Source of the DNA: Bacteroidales bacterium
GTDB taxonomy: Bacteria > Bacteroidota > Bacteroidia > Bacteroidales > UBA10428
DNA: 64,000 bases
NCBI GenBank assembly: GCA_016936215.1
Contig: JAFGPL010000150.1
Location: forward strand, 5,262-69,261
Direction: 5' to 3'
A program made the position numbers and the translations under genes. Each line of letters begins with the position of its first letter. Within the stretch, counting starts at the first letter, position 1. This document shows positions 17,577-27,231 of the stretch, piece by piece. The notes under the pieces are model-generated. The model saw only the letters and a list, made by a program, of their open reading frames with translations, had not been told where the DNA came from and did not search any database.

Positions 17577-18302
17577 ATGAAAAAACTTTTGTCCACATTC
17601 GTTTTCATGACGCTGTTTACTGCTTTTGCCTTTTCGCAGGGCGTTGATGAGATACTTGCCGGCTATCTTGAAAGCATGGGCGGTATTGAGAAACTAAAGG
17701 CTGTCAAATCAATGAAACTGGTTGGTAAAATGCCAACACCAATGGGCGATTTGGCTGTTACGATTTATAAAAAGGCGCCAAACCTCTACAAAACTGAAAT
17801 TGATTTTCAGGGAAACAAGATGATTCAGGCATATGATGGTAAAACTGCATGGGCCATCAACCCAATGACCGGAAATTCTGATCCGCAGAAACTTGAAGGT
17901 GAAATAGCCAATACCATCATCTCCCAATCTGAATTTGAAGACCAGTTTATAGATTATGCAAAAAAGGGTCATGAAGTTATTCTCGAAGGCAAAGAAAATA
18001 TTGATGGTAACGAATGCTATAAGTTAAAGGTAACACTTAACAAGAATAACGATGCCGACGATATAACCAATATCTATTTTCTCGATACCGAATACATGAT
18101 GCCGGTATTAATGCGAAGCACTGCAGGCGGACAGGAAATGGATACCTATTTCAGCGATTACCAGGATATCAAAGACGGTATAATGCTGGCCTTTAAAATG
18201 GACATTAAAGTACAGGGACAGGTTGTACAGACAATATCCATAGAAAGTGCCGAAGTGGATGTGGCTATTGATGAGGCCATTTTTAAATTTCCGGGTGAGT
18301 AA
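17577..18302 (+). CDS. LolA-like outer-membrane lipoprotein-sorting fold protein, secreted
   Basis: Signal peptide 'MKKLLSTFVFMTLFTAFAFSQG'. The pattern 'KMIQAYDGKTAWAINPMTG' and the overall length and composition match LolA-like / lipoprotein-sorting family members. Confidence 0.55.
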   Translation: MKKLLSTFVFMTLFTAFAFSQGVDEILAGYLESMGGIEKLKAVKSMKLVGKMPTPMGDLAVTIYKKAPNLYKTEIDFQGNKMIQAYDGKTAWAINPMTGNSDPQKLEGEIANTIISQSEFEDQFIDYAKKGHEVILEGKENIDGNECYKLKVTLNKNNDADDITNIYFLDTEYMMPVLMRSTAGGQEMDTYFSDYQDIKDGIMLAFKMDIKVQGQVVQTISIESAEVDVAIDEAIFKFPGE

Positions 18303-18322
18303 TTAACCTATCTATAAATATA

Positions 18323-18348
18323 CCCCGGCCAATGCCGGGGTTTTTTTT
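18323..18348 (+). terminator. Rho-independent terminator
   Basis: Hairpin 'ccccggc caat gccgggg' followed by T8, about 20 nt after the stop codon at 18302. Confidence 0.85.
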
Positions 18349-18456
18349 CCCTATCAGGTGATTTTATAATTTAATGATGCAAGGCTCAATACTTTTTTTA
18401 AGAATAAAATAAAGGAATAGTTATTTTTGAACCTTAAAACATAACTTTTTTCAAAT

Positions 18457-19368
18457 ATGAAACCAACATTGTTGATACTTGCTGCCGGAATGGGAAGTCG
18501 CTACGGAAGTTTAAAGCAAATAGACAAACTCGGGCCGGCAGGTGAAAAAATAATTGATTATTCTGTTTTTGATGCAAAACGCTCAGGTTTTGGCAAGGTG
18601 GTCTTTGTAATCAGAAAAGACATCGAAAATGAATTTAAAGAAGTGTTTATTGAAAAACTGTCAGGGCAAATCGAGGTGGATTATGTATTTCAGGAACTTG
18701 ACCATCTGCCCGATGGGTTTAAATGCCCCGAAGACAGGAAAAAACCATGGGGTACCTGTCATGCCGTATTAATGGCAAAGTCAAAAATCAAAGAACCGTT
18801 TGTTGTGATAAATGCTGATGATTTTTACGGACTGGAGGCATTTCAGGCTGTTTCATCATTTTTATCATCATCTGCTGTTTCCTCCGCCAATCAATATTGT
18901 ATGGTTGGTTACAAGCTTAAAAATACAATTTCTGAATACGGATTTGTTTCAAGAGGAGTATGCGAGAAAGACAACAACGATTGCCTTATTAAAATAACCG
19001 AACGTACCCAGATTGGCAAAAATGATAACGGGATTTACTACAAAGAACCCGGGGGTAATGATGTTTATTTATCGCCTGAAACTATTATTTCTATGAATTT
19101 CTGGGGATTTACACCTTCGTTTTTCGATTTTGCAGAAGATTCTTTCAGAAATTTTTTAAAGGATAATATCAATAACCCAAAAGCAGAGTTTTATATCCCT
19201 ATCGTGATTGATGAAATAATTAAAAGCAAATCGGGGACTGTTAAGGTACTTGACTGCAATGCCAAATGGTTTGGTGTGACTTACCAGGAGGATAAACCTA
19301 TGGTGATGGACCGTTTAAAGGAGTATGCAGGAAATGGCATCTATCCCTCACCGTTGTGGAATGGTTGA
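18457..19368 (+). CDS. Sugar-phosphate nucleotidyltransferase family protein
   Basis: N-terminal 'LILAAGMGSRYGSLKQ' is the G-x-G-x-R nucleotidyltransferase signature. 303 aa with no signal peptide. Confidence 0.7.
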   Translation: MKPTLLILAAGMGSRYGSLKQIDKLGPAGEKIIDYSVFDAKRSGFGKVVFVIRKDIENEFKEVFIEKLSGQIEVDYVFQELDHLPDGFKCPEDRKKPWGTCHAVLMAKSKIKEPFVVINADDFYGLEAFQAVSSFLSSSAVSSANQYCMVGYKLKNTISEYGFVSRGVCEKDNNDCLIKITERTQIGKNDNGIYYKEPGGNDVYLSPETIISMNFWGFTPSFFDFAEDSFRNFLKDNINNPKAEFYIPIVIDEIIKSKSGTVKVLDCNAKWFGVTYQEDKPMVMDRLKEYAGNGIYPSPLWNG

Positions 19369-19391
19369 TAAATGTTCCAAAGAAAAAAGAA

Positions 19392-19430
19392 AGGCGCCAA
19401 GCCAGGGGAGCATTACCCCGCTTGGCGCCT
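19392..19430. terminator. Bidirectional hairpin terminator between convergent genes
   Basis: 11-bp stem 'aggcgccaagc' / 'gcttggcgcct' with an inner 'gggg'/'cccc' pairing. An A-run lies upstream and a T-rich tract downstream. Confidence 0.7.
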
Positions 19431-19452
19431 CTTTCATTTTATCAGATAGATT

Positions 19453-20388
19453 TTAAAACCCTAATGAAATCCCTACGTTGAAAGGATACAGTTCGGGACC
19501 TTTGTCTTTTTCAAAGAAAGTAGTCGGATAATAAACTGCATAAAGTTCTGCTTCGTGGTAACCTGCGCGCAGGGTGAACCCGTACCTGAGTGAATTTATA
19601 TTAAAATCGTCCCTGTCTTTTTCTTTTCTTTTCGTACCCTCTTCGCGATAAACAATTTTTGTATGCGAACCCAGTTTCAATCCACCTATTACACCGCCTG
19701 CAATGAAGAACCGTTTGCTGCGTTTTTCTGGCCCGAGCTGCAATTCCAGCAACAGGGGAACATTAAGAAACGTAGTGGTAAGTTTTGATTTATTCAGCGA
19801 TAGGGCAGAGAGATCGTTTGAAACAATTACCCCGTTTTCTTCCCTGATGGAATTATCACCATCAAATTGATAATTGTTCATTTCTATCCCAAGCCCGGTG
19901 ACCATACCAAAGCGGTTGCCAATAATTCCGACGCTGGTCTGGTGGAAATTAAGGTTTACATTCCATGAACGGCCTGTGTTAAGGTCCATCCAACTGTATT
20001 CTGCAGGCCTGCTCATCGAAAAATCTGCATCCAGAAAGTTATTTAGGCCTAGTTCCAGACCGGTCCAGTGTCCTTTAAACTTTTTGGCTTTTTGTGCCTT
20101 CTTGTCATCCCCATCTTTTTTCTCGGCATCGCGTATTTCCACTGCTGTACCGTCTTCTTTTTCAATAATTTCAATGTTTTTGTCTTTTATGGTGATACGG
20201 GTAGTATCTTTTCTTTCCTCTTTTACCACTTCATCCATTTCAATACTAATTCCTTCCTCGTTGTCATCAACGATTTCAATGGCTGTGTCATCTTCAGATT
20301 CTATTACTGCCGCAGAATCAATTTCCTGGGCGAACATCCAGATTTGAATAAGCCATAAGAACAAAATAAAAATTATCAGTTTTTTCAT
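19453..20388 (-). CDS. Outer-membrane beta-barrel protein with an acidic N-terminal region
   Basis: Signal peptide, then a D/E/K-rich segment ('IEIVDDNEEGISIEMDE', 'IEIIEKEDGTAVEIRD'). This is followed by alternating beta-strand-like sequence ending in 'NVGISLGF' (aromatic C-terminus). Confidence 0.55.
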   Translation of the reverse strand: MKKLIIFILFLWLIQIWMFAQEIDSAAVIESEDDTAIEIVDDNEEGISIEMDEVVKEERKDTTRITIKDKNIEIIEKEDGTAVEIRDAEKKDGDDKKAQKAKKFKGHWTGLELGLNNFLDADFSMSRPAEYSWMDLNTGRSWNVNLNFHQTSVGIIGNRFGMVTGLGIEMNNYQFDGDNSIREENGVIVSNDLSALSLNKSKLTTTFLNVPLLLELQLGPEKRSKRFFIAGGVIGGLKLGSHTKIVYREEGTKRKEKDRDDFNINSLRYGFTLRAGYHEAELYAVYYPTTFFEKDKGPELYPFNVGISLGF

Positions 20389-20458
20389 TGTTATATAATT
20401 TTAATGTTTTTGTGATTTTGTGAGTAAGACGGCGTTCTAAAGAAAAAGTTACAGGAAG

Positions 20459-21520
20459 TTATTGATTCAAAGGTGCAGATATTCCAAATGTCTCAGAATC
20501 AATATCAATACCGGTAATTTTACCGGCTTCATTTGTTTTTCTTGCAATTTTTACATCCGATTCGGTAAGATAATTTATACCTTTTATACCTGCTTCTGCA
20601 AGGGCCCAGAGGTTAAAATTTTCATTTGTAACTATTTTATCGGCAATCAGTGATTTTAATGTTTTTTCTTCAGTAAAATCGCCATTGTTTTCATAGGTAA
20701 TAACAGGAGCTTTAACCGTTGGTGAAAGAGGTGCAGGATTATACGAATTCTCCAGATATTTTATTTCGACTCGATGTATGGCAAGTAATTCATCATTAAT
20801 TTTTGATTTGGTTTCTGTTTTTTCCATATGTGATGGAGTGTCATCTTCAGGTTTAATTATTTTCTTAATTCTTAATGGTTGCTTAGTAAGCATATTATTT
20901 TGAGCATCTGCTTTTTCATTTGGTACTGATTTATTAAAAAAAGAATCTTCAGTGTTGTTAATAACTACAGCAGGTACCTTTTGTGAAATTAACTGGTCAG
21001 GCTGTGTTTTCTTGAAGATACCGGTTAAAAACAAGATAATAAGGATGGCAGCTGCTGCACTAAAATAAATCAGGGGTCTGATATAGCTCACGATAACTGG
21101 TTTGTTACGTTTTAGTTTGTTCCTGTGAGGGTACGTGAGAGATAAATCGGGGTTAAGCCGGACTTTTTGATATAGTTCAAAATCAAGTTTCTTACGCGGT
21201 TTTTTATCCAGGTAGTATAAAAGCTTCTGCCCGGTGTTCTTATCCAGCTCACCTTCTGCAAATGCAATACATAACTCTTCAAAGTTGCTGTCGTTAATTT
21301 CTTCAATGTCTGAGAAGTGTTTATACAGGTGAACTTTATCGTTTAATTGCTGCGTCTCGGAAACCAGCTTATTATCGCTGAACATGTTGAACTCTTCTTC
21401 AAGTTCGGGATTTTGTGACAAAAAGAACAGCAGTTCGGCCGATTCAACCGGGGTAAGCTTACCATCATAATAATCAATGATGTAAACCTCGTAATTGTTT
21501 CTGTTTATTGTCATGGCCAT
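20459..21520 (-). CDS. Putative anti-sigma factor (single-pass membrane protein)
   Basis: Starts 4 nt after the stop of the upstream ECF sigma gene. The N-terminus 'YIIDYYDGKLTPVESAELLFFLSQNPELEEEF' is typical of Bacteroidota anti-sigma N-domains. One TM segment 'LIYFSAAAAILIILFLTGIF'. Confidence 0.5.
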   Translation of the reverse strand: MAMTINRNNYEVYIIDYYDGKLTPVESAELLFFLSQNPELEEEFNMFSDNKLVSETQQLNDKVHLYKHFSDIEEINDSNFEELCIAFAEGELDKNTGQKLLYYLDKKPRKKLDFELYQKVRLNPDLSLTYPHRNKLKRNKPVIVSYIRPLIYFSAAAAILIILFLTGIFKKTQPDQLISQKVPAVVINNTEDSFFNKSVPNEKADAQNNMLTKQPLRIKKIIKPEDDTPSHMEKTETKSKINDELLAIHRVEIKYLENSYNPAPLSPTVKAPVITYENNGDFTEEKTLKSLIADKIVTNENFNLWALAEAGIKGINYLTESDVKIARKTNEAGKITGIDIDSETFGISAPLNQ

Positions 21521-21524
21521 TTTT

Positions 21525-22010
21525 TTAGACTACTGTTTCAATACTTCCGATATATTTTTTCAGGAACATCCTTCCTCGAAAAATATAAACTTTTACCTGC
21601 GACTCGTTCAGTTTTGTTATTTCTGCTATTTCATCGTACGAATACCCCTCGTAATCACGCAAAAGAATCACCGATCGCTGTATCTCAGGAAGCTTCTTTA
21701 AAGCTTCGTGCAATATTTCAGATAAATCGGAATAGCTGACTGAATGCCCCGTTTCATCTGAAAACTTTTGCTGATACTCGCTTCTGCGTTTTTCTTTTCT
21801 GAACATATCTATCATAATGTGATAGGCTGTGGTAAAAAGATACGATTTTACCTTTTCCGGCGATACTTCTTCGAGCTTAGACCACAAGCGGGCGAAGGTT
21901 TCCTGAACAACATCTTTGGCATCATCTTCGCCATGAAGTGTTTTCAAAACAAACCGGTAAAGCCTGTCAGCAAAATCGTCAACGCTTTTATTATAATCGG
22001 TTAAGGTCAT
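21525..22010 (-). CDS. ECF (sigma-70 family group 4) RNA polymerase sigma factor
   Basis: Region 2 'DAKDVVQETFARLW'. Region 4 HTH 'SYDEIAEITKLNESQVKVYIFRGR'. Confidence 0.85.
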   Translation of the reverse strand: MTLTDYNKSVDDFADRLYRFVLKTLHGEDDAKDVVQETFARLWSKLEEVSPEKVKSYLFTTAYHIMIDMFRKEKRRSEYQQKFSDETGHSVSYSDLSEILHEALKKLPEIQRSVILLRDYEGYSYDEIAEITKLNESQVKVYIFRGRMFLKKYIGSIETVV

Positions 22011-22144
22011 TCGTAAAACAATTCAAGGCTATGACGAACGAAGTTACGAAAAGTTACAGGCAAATACATTATTTTATTAAAAGATAGATTTACAATGCAA
22101 TACAAAATTATTATGGGTTTTTTGAAAAAAATATTAAAAAAAAC

Positions 22145-22176
22145 TTGACAAAGGGGGGTAGAATGTTTTATCTTTG
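22145..22176 (+). promoter_or_regulatory. Candidate promoter of the TetR/Lol-like operon
   Basis: 'TTGACA' at 22145-22150 and a Bacteroidota-type -7 box 'TATCTTTG' (TAnnTTTG) at 22169-22176, 18 nt apart. Confidence 0.4.
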
Positions 22177-22234
22177 ACCAAACGTTCAATCAAAAGTAAT
22201 GGCAAAGGCCATTTTTTTTAAATGGGTATTATTG

Positions 22235-22248
22235 ACTGAATGTTCAGT
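22235..22248. promoter_or_regulatory. Candidate TetR operator palindrome
   Basis: 'actgaa tg ttcagt' is a 6-2-6 perfect inverted repeat. It lies between the candidate promoter and the TetR start codon. Confidence 0.3.
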
Positions 22249-22270
22249 TTTAAAGCTAAACTATTTAGGT

Positions 22271-22867
22271 ATGTCACCAAGAACAGAAGAACAATATGAA
22301 GAGATAAGGCATGAAAAACGCGTGCTGATTATGAACACGGCACTGGAGTTATTTGCGATGCACGGTTATGAGAATACAACAATCAGCCAGATAGCAAAAA
22401 AGGCAGGTATTTCAAAGGGCCTGCTTTATAACTATTTTGAAAGTAAGGAATACCTGCTCGAAGCCATTCTTAACAAGGGGATGGATGAGGTATTGGAAAT
22501 TTTCGACCCGAACAAGGATGGTGTGCTTGAAACTTATGAAATGGAGTTTTTTATTAATGAAATATTCAAAACTGTTGAGAAAAACAGGGTATTTTGGAGG
22601 TTATATATGGCCATTTCTTTGCAACCATCAGTTTTTAAGCTTGTTGAAAAAAGAATTGAGGAACTTTATGAACCGATGATGCAGTTAATGCTTGGATATT
22701 TTAAAAACGCCGGTTCAGCCAACCCTTTTATGGATGCCATTATTTTTAATTCATTACTTGACGGTATTACATTAGATTATATTCTTAAACCCGATATTTT
22801 TCCAATCGAAGACATCAAAAAAGAACTTATTCATAGATTTTGTATTCATAAAAAAACAGTATCATGA
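22271..22867 (+). CDS. TetR/AcrR family transcriptional regulator
   Basis: Start chosen at 'MSPRTEEQYEEIRHEKR'. HTH 'TTISQIAKKAGISKGLLYNYFESKEYLL'. Confidence 0.85.
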   Translation: MSPRTEEQYEEIRHEKRVLIMNTALELFAMHGYENTTISQIAKKAGISKGLLYNYFESKEYLLEAILNKGMDEVLEIFDPNKDGVLETYEMEFFINEIFKTVEKNRVFWRLYMAISLQPSVFKLVEKRIEELYEPMMQLMLGYFKNAGSANPFMDAIIFNSLLDGITLDYILKPDIFPIEDIKKELIHRFCIHKKTVS

Positions 22868-23613
22868 AACAGACGAGTTTATATCTGATTGCATCTTTAC
22901 TTCTGGGTATTAATGTATTTGCGCAGGATGCAAAAGAAATTGTTAAAAGGGCAGATGCCAAAATGCGTGGTGAAGAGTCAAGTTTTAGTATTATGAACAT
23001 GCAGATAATCAGGCCGTCGTGGGAAAGGACCATCTCTTTCAAGAGCTGGACAAAAGGGACAAAATATTCACTCGCGCTGATAACTGCCCCTGCCAAAGAA
23101 AAAGGTCAGGCCTTTTTGAAGCATGGCAACGAGATGTGGAATTGGAACCCTGTTATCAACCGCATGATTAAACTGCCTCCCTCTATGCTGTCGCAGGGCT
23201 GGATGGGATCGGATTTTACCAACGACGACCTGCTGAATGAATCTTCAATTGTCGTAGACTATAACCATACAATCATGGGTATAGAAACTATTTCGGGAAA
23301 AGTTTGCCATGTTATTCAGCTTATACCCAAAGAAGATGCCGGGGTTGTCTGGGGAAAACTCATTCTGTGGATTACAAAGGATGAATACCTGCAGTTGAAA
23401 GCTGAATACTATGATGAGGATAATTACCTTGTCAAGACCGAAACAGGAAGTGAAATAAAAAACATGTCAGGCAGGGTTATACCTACACGCTTTGAGCTGG
23501 TGCCTGCCGATAAGAAAGACCATAAAACAGTGGTTACCCTGGAGGAAGTGAAATTCAATATCCCCATACAGGAGAGTTTCTTTTCGCAGCAAAATATGAA
23601 ACAGGTGAGGTAG
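22864..23613 (+). CDS. LolA_like outer-membrane lipoprotein-sorting protein family member, secreted
   Basis: ATGA overlap with the TetR stop. Signal peptide 'LIASLLLGINVFAQ'. Motifs 'APAKEKGQAFLKHGNEMWNWNP' and 'WMGSDFTNDDLL' are as in the LolA-like family that accompanies FtsX-type ABC systems. Confidence 0.7.
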   Translation: MKQTSLYLIASLLLGINVFAQDAKEIVKRADAKMRGEESSFSIMNMQIIRPSWERTISFKSWTKGTKYSLALITAPAKEKGQAFLKHGNEMWNWNPVINRMIKLPPSMLSQGWMGSDFTNDDLLNESSIVVDYNHTIMGIETISGKVCHVIQLIPKEDAGVVWGKLILWITKDEYLQLKAEYYDEDNYLVKTETGSEIKNMSGRVIPTRFELVPADKKDHKTVVTLEEVKFNIPIQESFFSQQNMKQVR

Positions 23614-23650
23614 GTTTAAATGATAATACAATGATTTAAAAAAGGAAATT

Positions 23651-25066
23651 ATGAACTTATTGAAAATAGCATGGAGAAATTTGTGGCGTAACCGGAGGCG
23701 CACCATTATCACTGCATCTTCAATTTTATTCGCAGTTTTTTTTGTAATCCTCATGCGCTCATTCCAGCTTGGTACTTACGGGCATATGATAAAGCTATCC
23801 ATTGAGTCTTATATGGGTTTTCTGCAGGTTCAGCATGAAGATTACCTGGATGATATGACCATTGATAACTCGTTTGAAAGCAACATCGAGCTTATAGGTC
23901 AGTTGGACAAAATGCCCGGGATAAAAGCAGTAGTGCCCCGCCTCGAAACCTTCGCGCTTGCTTCCACTGGCGATCAGACCAAAGGAGTAGCCGTTGTAGG
24001 TGTTGACCCAGGGCGGGAACTAAACCTTAGTAACCCTAACGGCAGGTTAGTGCAGTACAGGGTTACACCTGCTGCTATAGAAAAACTAAAAGAATACGGG
24101 TTACCGGAAAAGTTGCTTAAGAAGCTTTCGGTACTGAAGAATAGTTCCTTTGTCTCATCCGATGGGCTCAGGGCTGGTATAAAAATGTCAGACACGGAGG
24201 CTGAAAAATATCTGCCGGTTATTCTTGAGCAATGTTCCTTTAATAACAATCCATTGGTAACAGGTGACGATGGTGTGCTGGTGTCTGACCGCCTGGCAAA
24301 ATTTCTTCAACTTACCCTGGGTGATACGCTGATTTTAATGGGGCAGGGGTACCAGGGGGCTACTGCTGCCGGCCTTTATCCTGTAAGGGGCATCATAAAA
24401 ATACCTGCACCCGATCTCGACAATAAATTGATTTATATGGACATCAACAAGGCCCGTGAACTTTATAACCTTGAGGGAAGGGTAACTTCCATTGCCATTA
24501 ACCTGCACGATAATTCTGACCAGAATATGTTGAAAACAAAAAACAAAATTCTGGCTATGGTTGGGAATGATCATAAGACCGTTAAAACCTGGAAGGAATT
24601 CAATAAAGTACTGCTACAACAGATTCAGAGCGATAACCAGTCGGGTAAATTAATACTCGGGCTCCTTTATTTTATTGTCTTTTTCGGAATTTTTGGAACT
24701 GTTTTAATGATGATCCATGAAAGAAAACGTGAATTTGGCATACTCGTCTCCATCGGCATGAAAAGATATAAGCTGGCTGTAATTACCATGTTCGAAATGA
24801 TGTTTATGGGCCTGATTGGTGTATTCTCGGGCATCGTTCTTAGTTTACCGCTATTATATCTTGGTCATGAATACCCGATAAGGTTCACAGGTGACATGGC
24901 AAGAATTATGGAAGACATGGGTTTCGATGCCGTAATGCCCCTCGAATGGGTTGACATGTATGTTTTATGGCAGGGATTGATTGTTGCTTTTATGGTCATT
25001 CTTTCCTGTCTTTATCCTTTAAGAAAAGTCTTCAGCCTTAAAGAAGTAGAAGCGCTGAGGGCATAA
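23651..25066 (+). CDS. ABC transporter permease, FtsX/MacB/LolC-type (N-terminal TM, large periplasmic domain, three C-terminal TMs)
   Basis: 'IAWRNLWRNRRRTIIT' is an FtsX-type N-terminus. There is a long soluble insert, and the C-terminal TM bundle carries 'ERKREFGILVSIGMKR'. Confidence 0.85.
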   Translation: MNLLKIAWRNLWRNRRRTIITASSILFAVFFVILMRSFQLGTYGHMIKLSIESYMGFLQVQHEDYLDDMTIDNSFESNIELIGQLDKMPGIKAVVPRLETFALASTGDQTKGVAVVGVDPGRELNLSNPNGRLVQYRVTPAAIEKLKEYGLPEKLLKKLSVLKNSSFVSSDGLRAGIKMSDTEAEKYLPVILEQCSFNNNPLVTGDDGVLVSDRLAKFLQLTLGDTLILMGQGYQGATAAGLYPVRGIIKIPAPDLDNKLIYMDINKARELYNLEGRVTSIAINLHDNSDQNMLKTKNKILAMVGNDHKTVKTWKEFNKVLLQQIQSDNQSGKLILGLLYFIVFFGIFGTVLMMIHERKREFGILVSIGMKRYKLAVITMFEMMFMGLIGVFSGIVLSLPLLYLGHEYPIRFTGDMARIMEDMGFDAVMPLEWVDMYVLWQGLIVAFMVILSCLYPLRKVFSLKEVEALRA

Positions 25067-25090
25067 TATCAACATATAAAAATAATTATT

Positions 25091-26512
25091 ATGATCTGGT
25101 CAATTGCTTGGAAAAATATATGGCGGAGTAAAGTACGCAGCCTGGTGGTGATTATTGCCGTTACAATCGGCATATTTGGGGCTGTAATGCTTATCGGTAT
25201 TATGCAGGGATGGATCAACCAAAGGGTTAGCGATGCACTTAACAACGAAGTATCGCATATACAAATTCACCATCCTGAATTTCTACTCAATGAGGAGATG
25301 AAGTTTACAATCCCCGGTTATCAGACTTTGATAGACTCAATTGAAAATACCACCGGTATTGTTGCGTTTTCACCGCGCGTCAAAATTTTTGCCCTGGCCC
25401 AGACAGACTGGGCTTCATCTGGTCTTGTACTTAAAGGCATTGACCCGGAAAGCGAAAAACAGGTTTCAAAAATTCATGAAAACCTCATTGAGGGAGGATA
25501 TTTTGATGATGAGTCTGTATTGCCTTCAATGGTTATCGGCAGTAAGGCCGCTGAAAATCTTAAGTTGTTAAATTATGAAGTTACCACTGATAAACTTCAA
25601 AAACCTGAAATCAGCGAACTTGGTGAAGAAACGCTGAAAAAGCTCCAATCTCTTGAAGGTACAAGGTACAGGTCGGAAAAAGATTTCAGGATTGCTCTTA
25701 TATCGGTGCTTTCTCCTCACAACTATAAAGAATCCGGAGATATGCTTGTCCGTTATTTCTCATTTTACCGGCTCAGGGCAAAAGTCACGGTTACTGCTCA
25801 AAAAATAACCGGAGAGCTGGTATATCTTACCTTCAGGGTAAAAGGTATCTATAAGACCAATAATACTGCTTTTGACGGGCTTACTGCCTTTGTCCGTTCT
25901 GATGTCCTCAAGTCTGAAACAGGTTTAGGTGCGGACGATTATCATGAAATTGCCATTTTGACCGAAAGCAAAAACCTTGGGGTAACCTTGGCAAAAGATT
26001 TAGGGGAGAAATTTTCACAATACGAAATCATGTCGTGGAAAGAACTTTCCCCCGATCTTGCTCTTTATAGCGACTATATGAAGGTTTTTGACCTAATGTA
26101 CGTGGGAATATTCCTGCTGGCATTATCTTTTGGTATCATTAACACCATGCTGATGGCCGTACTTGAAAGGGTAAAAGAACTCGGAATGTTAATGGCCATT
26201 GGAATGAATAAAGTAAAAGTGTTCGTAATGATTATGCTTGAATCGGTATTTCTTACACTTACCGGTGCAGTTGTCGGGATGATTGTCAGCGGACTGGTCC
26301 TTTCATATTTTTCCCGGGTCGGCATCAATCTTGGGATGTGGGCCGAAGGCCTTGAAGCAATTGGTTATTCAGCTATTATTTATCCATATATCTCATTCGA
26401 TGTTTATATAGGTGTCATCCTGTTGGTGATACTTACCGGAATATTGTCTTCATTATGGCCTGCAAGGAAAGCTCTGAAGCTTAATCCTGCAGAAGCCTTA
26501 CGGACAGAATAA
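25091..26512 (+). CDS. ABC transporter permease, FtsX/MacB/LolC-type (paralogue)
   Basis: 'IAWKNIWRSKVRSLVV' and 'ERVKELGMLMAIGMNK'. The topology is the same as the upstream gene. Confidence 0.85.
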   Translation: MIWSIAWKNIWRSKVRSLVVIIAVTIGIFGAVMLIGIMQGWINQRVSDALNNEVSHIQIHHPEFLLNEEMKFTIPGYQTLIDSIENTTGIVAFSPRVKIFALAQTDWASSGLVLKGIDPESEKQVSKIHENLIEGGYFDDESVLPSMVIGSKAAENLKLLNYEVTTDKLQKPEISELGEETLKKLQSLEGTRYRSEKDFRIALISVLSPHNYKESGDMLVRYFSFYRLRAKVTVTAQKITGELVYLTFRVKGIYKTNNTAFDGLTAFVRSDVLKSETGLGADDYHEIAILTESKNLGVTLAKDLGEKFSQYEIMSWKELSPDLALYSDYMKVFDLMYVGIFLLALSFGIINTMLMAVLERVKELGMLMAIGMNKVKVFVMIMLESVFLTLTGAVVGMIVSGLVLSYFSRVGINLGMWAEGLEAIGYSAIIYPYISFDVYIGVILLVILTGILSSLWPARKALKLNPAEALRTE

Positions 26513-26536
26513 TTTGAAATTTTTAAATTTACAGAT

Positions 26537-27226
26537 ATGAGTGTAATAGATATTAAAAATGTTGTTAAAATCTACAACGATTCAGAAGTGAAAGTTCATG
26601 CCGTAAACGGTATTTCACTTACCATTGATGAAGGGGAATTTACAGCCATTGTAGGTCCTTCCGGATCGGGCAAAACAACTTTGCTCAATATGCTTGGAGG
26701 TCTTGATCACCCGACTGCAGGAGAAATATATGTTGGAGGGACAAATATCGGTACATTAAAGGGATCAAAACTAATTGATTTCAGGTTGCATAACATCGGG
26801 TTTGTTTTTCAGTCATATAATCTTATCCCGGTGCTTACGGCAAAAGAGAATGTGGAATTCATCATGCAGATGCAAAAAGTTCCTTCAAAAATCAGGGAAG
26901 CCCGTACACGTGAATTGCTTACGCAGGTTGGACTTGGCGACAGGCTCGACAGCAGGCCGGCCAAACTGTCCGGGGGGCAGCAGCAAAGAGTGGCCGTCGC
27001 CAGGGCGCTGGCTTCAAAGCCCAAATACATTCTTGCAGATGAGCCCACAGCCAATCTTGATTCAAAAAGCACCGAAAACCTGCTTGATATCATGGAAAAA
27101 TTGAACCGTGAGGAGAAAATTACCTTTATTTTTTCAACCCACGATGCGAGGGTAATGAAAAAGGCCAGGAGGGTGATCACAGTTGAAGATGGCAAAGTGA
27201 TCAGGGATGAAAGGAAAACAAATTAA
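26537..27226 (+). CDS. ABC transporter ATP-binding protein (LolD/MacB-type)
   Basis: Walker A 'GPSGSGKTT', signature 'LSGGQQQRVAVARAL', Walker B 'ILADEPT'. Confidence 0.9.
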   Translation: MSVIDIKNVVKIYNDSEVKVHAVNGISLTIDEGEFTAIVGPSGSGKTTLLNMLGGLDHPTAGEIYVGGTNIGTLKGSKLIDFRLHNIGFVFQSYNLIPVLTAKENVEFIMQMQKVPSKIREARTRELLTQVGLGDRLDSRPAKLSGGQQQRVAVARALASKPKYILADEPTANLDSKSTENLLDIMEKLNREEKITFIFSTHDARVMKKARRVITVEDGKVIRDERKTN

Positions 27227-27231
27227 AGAGC

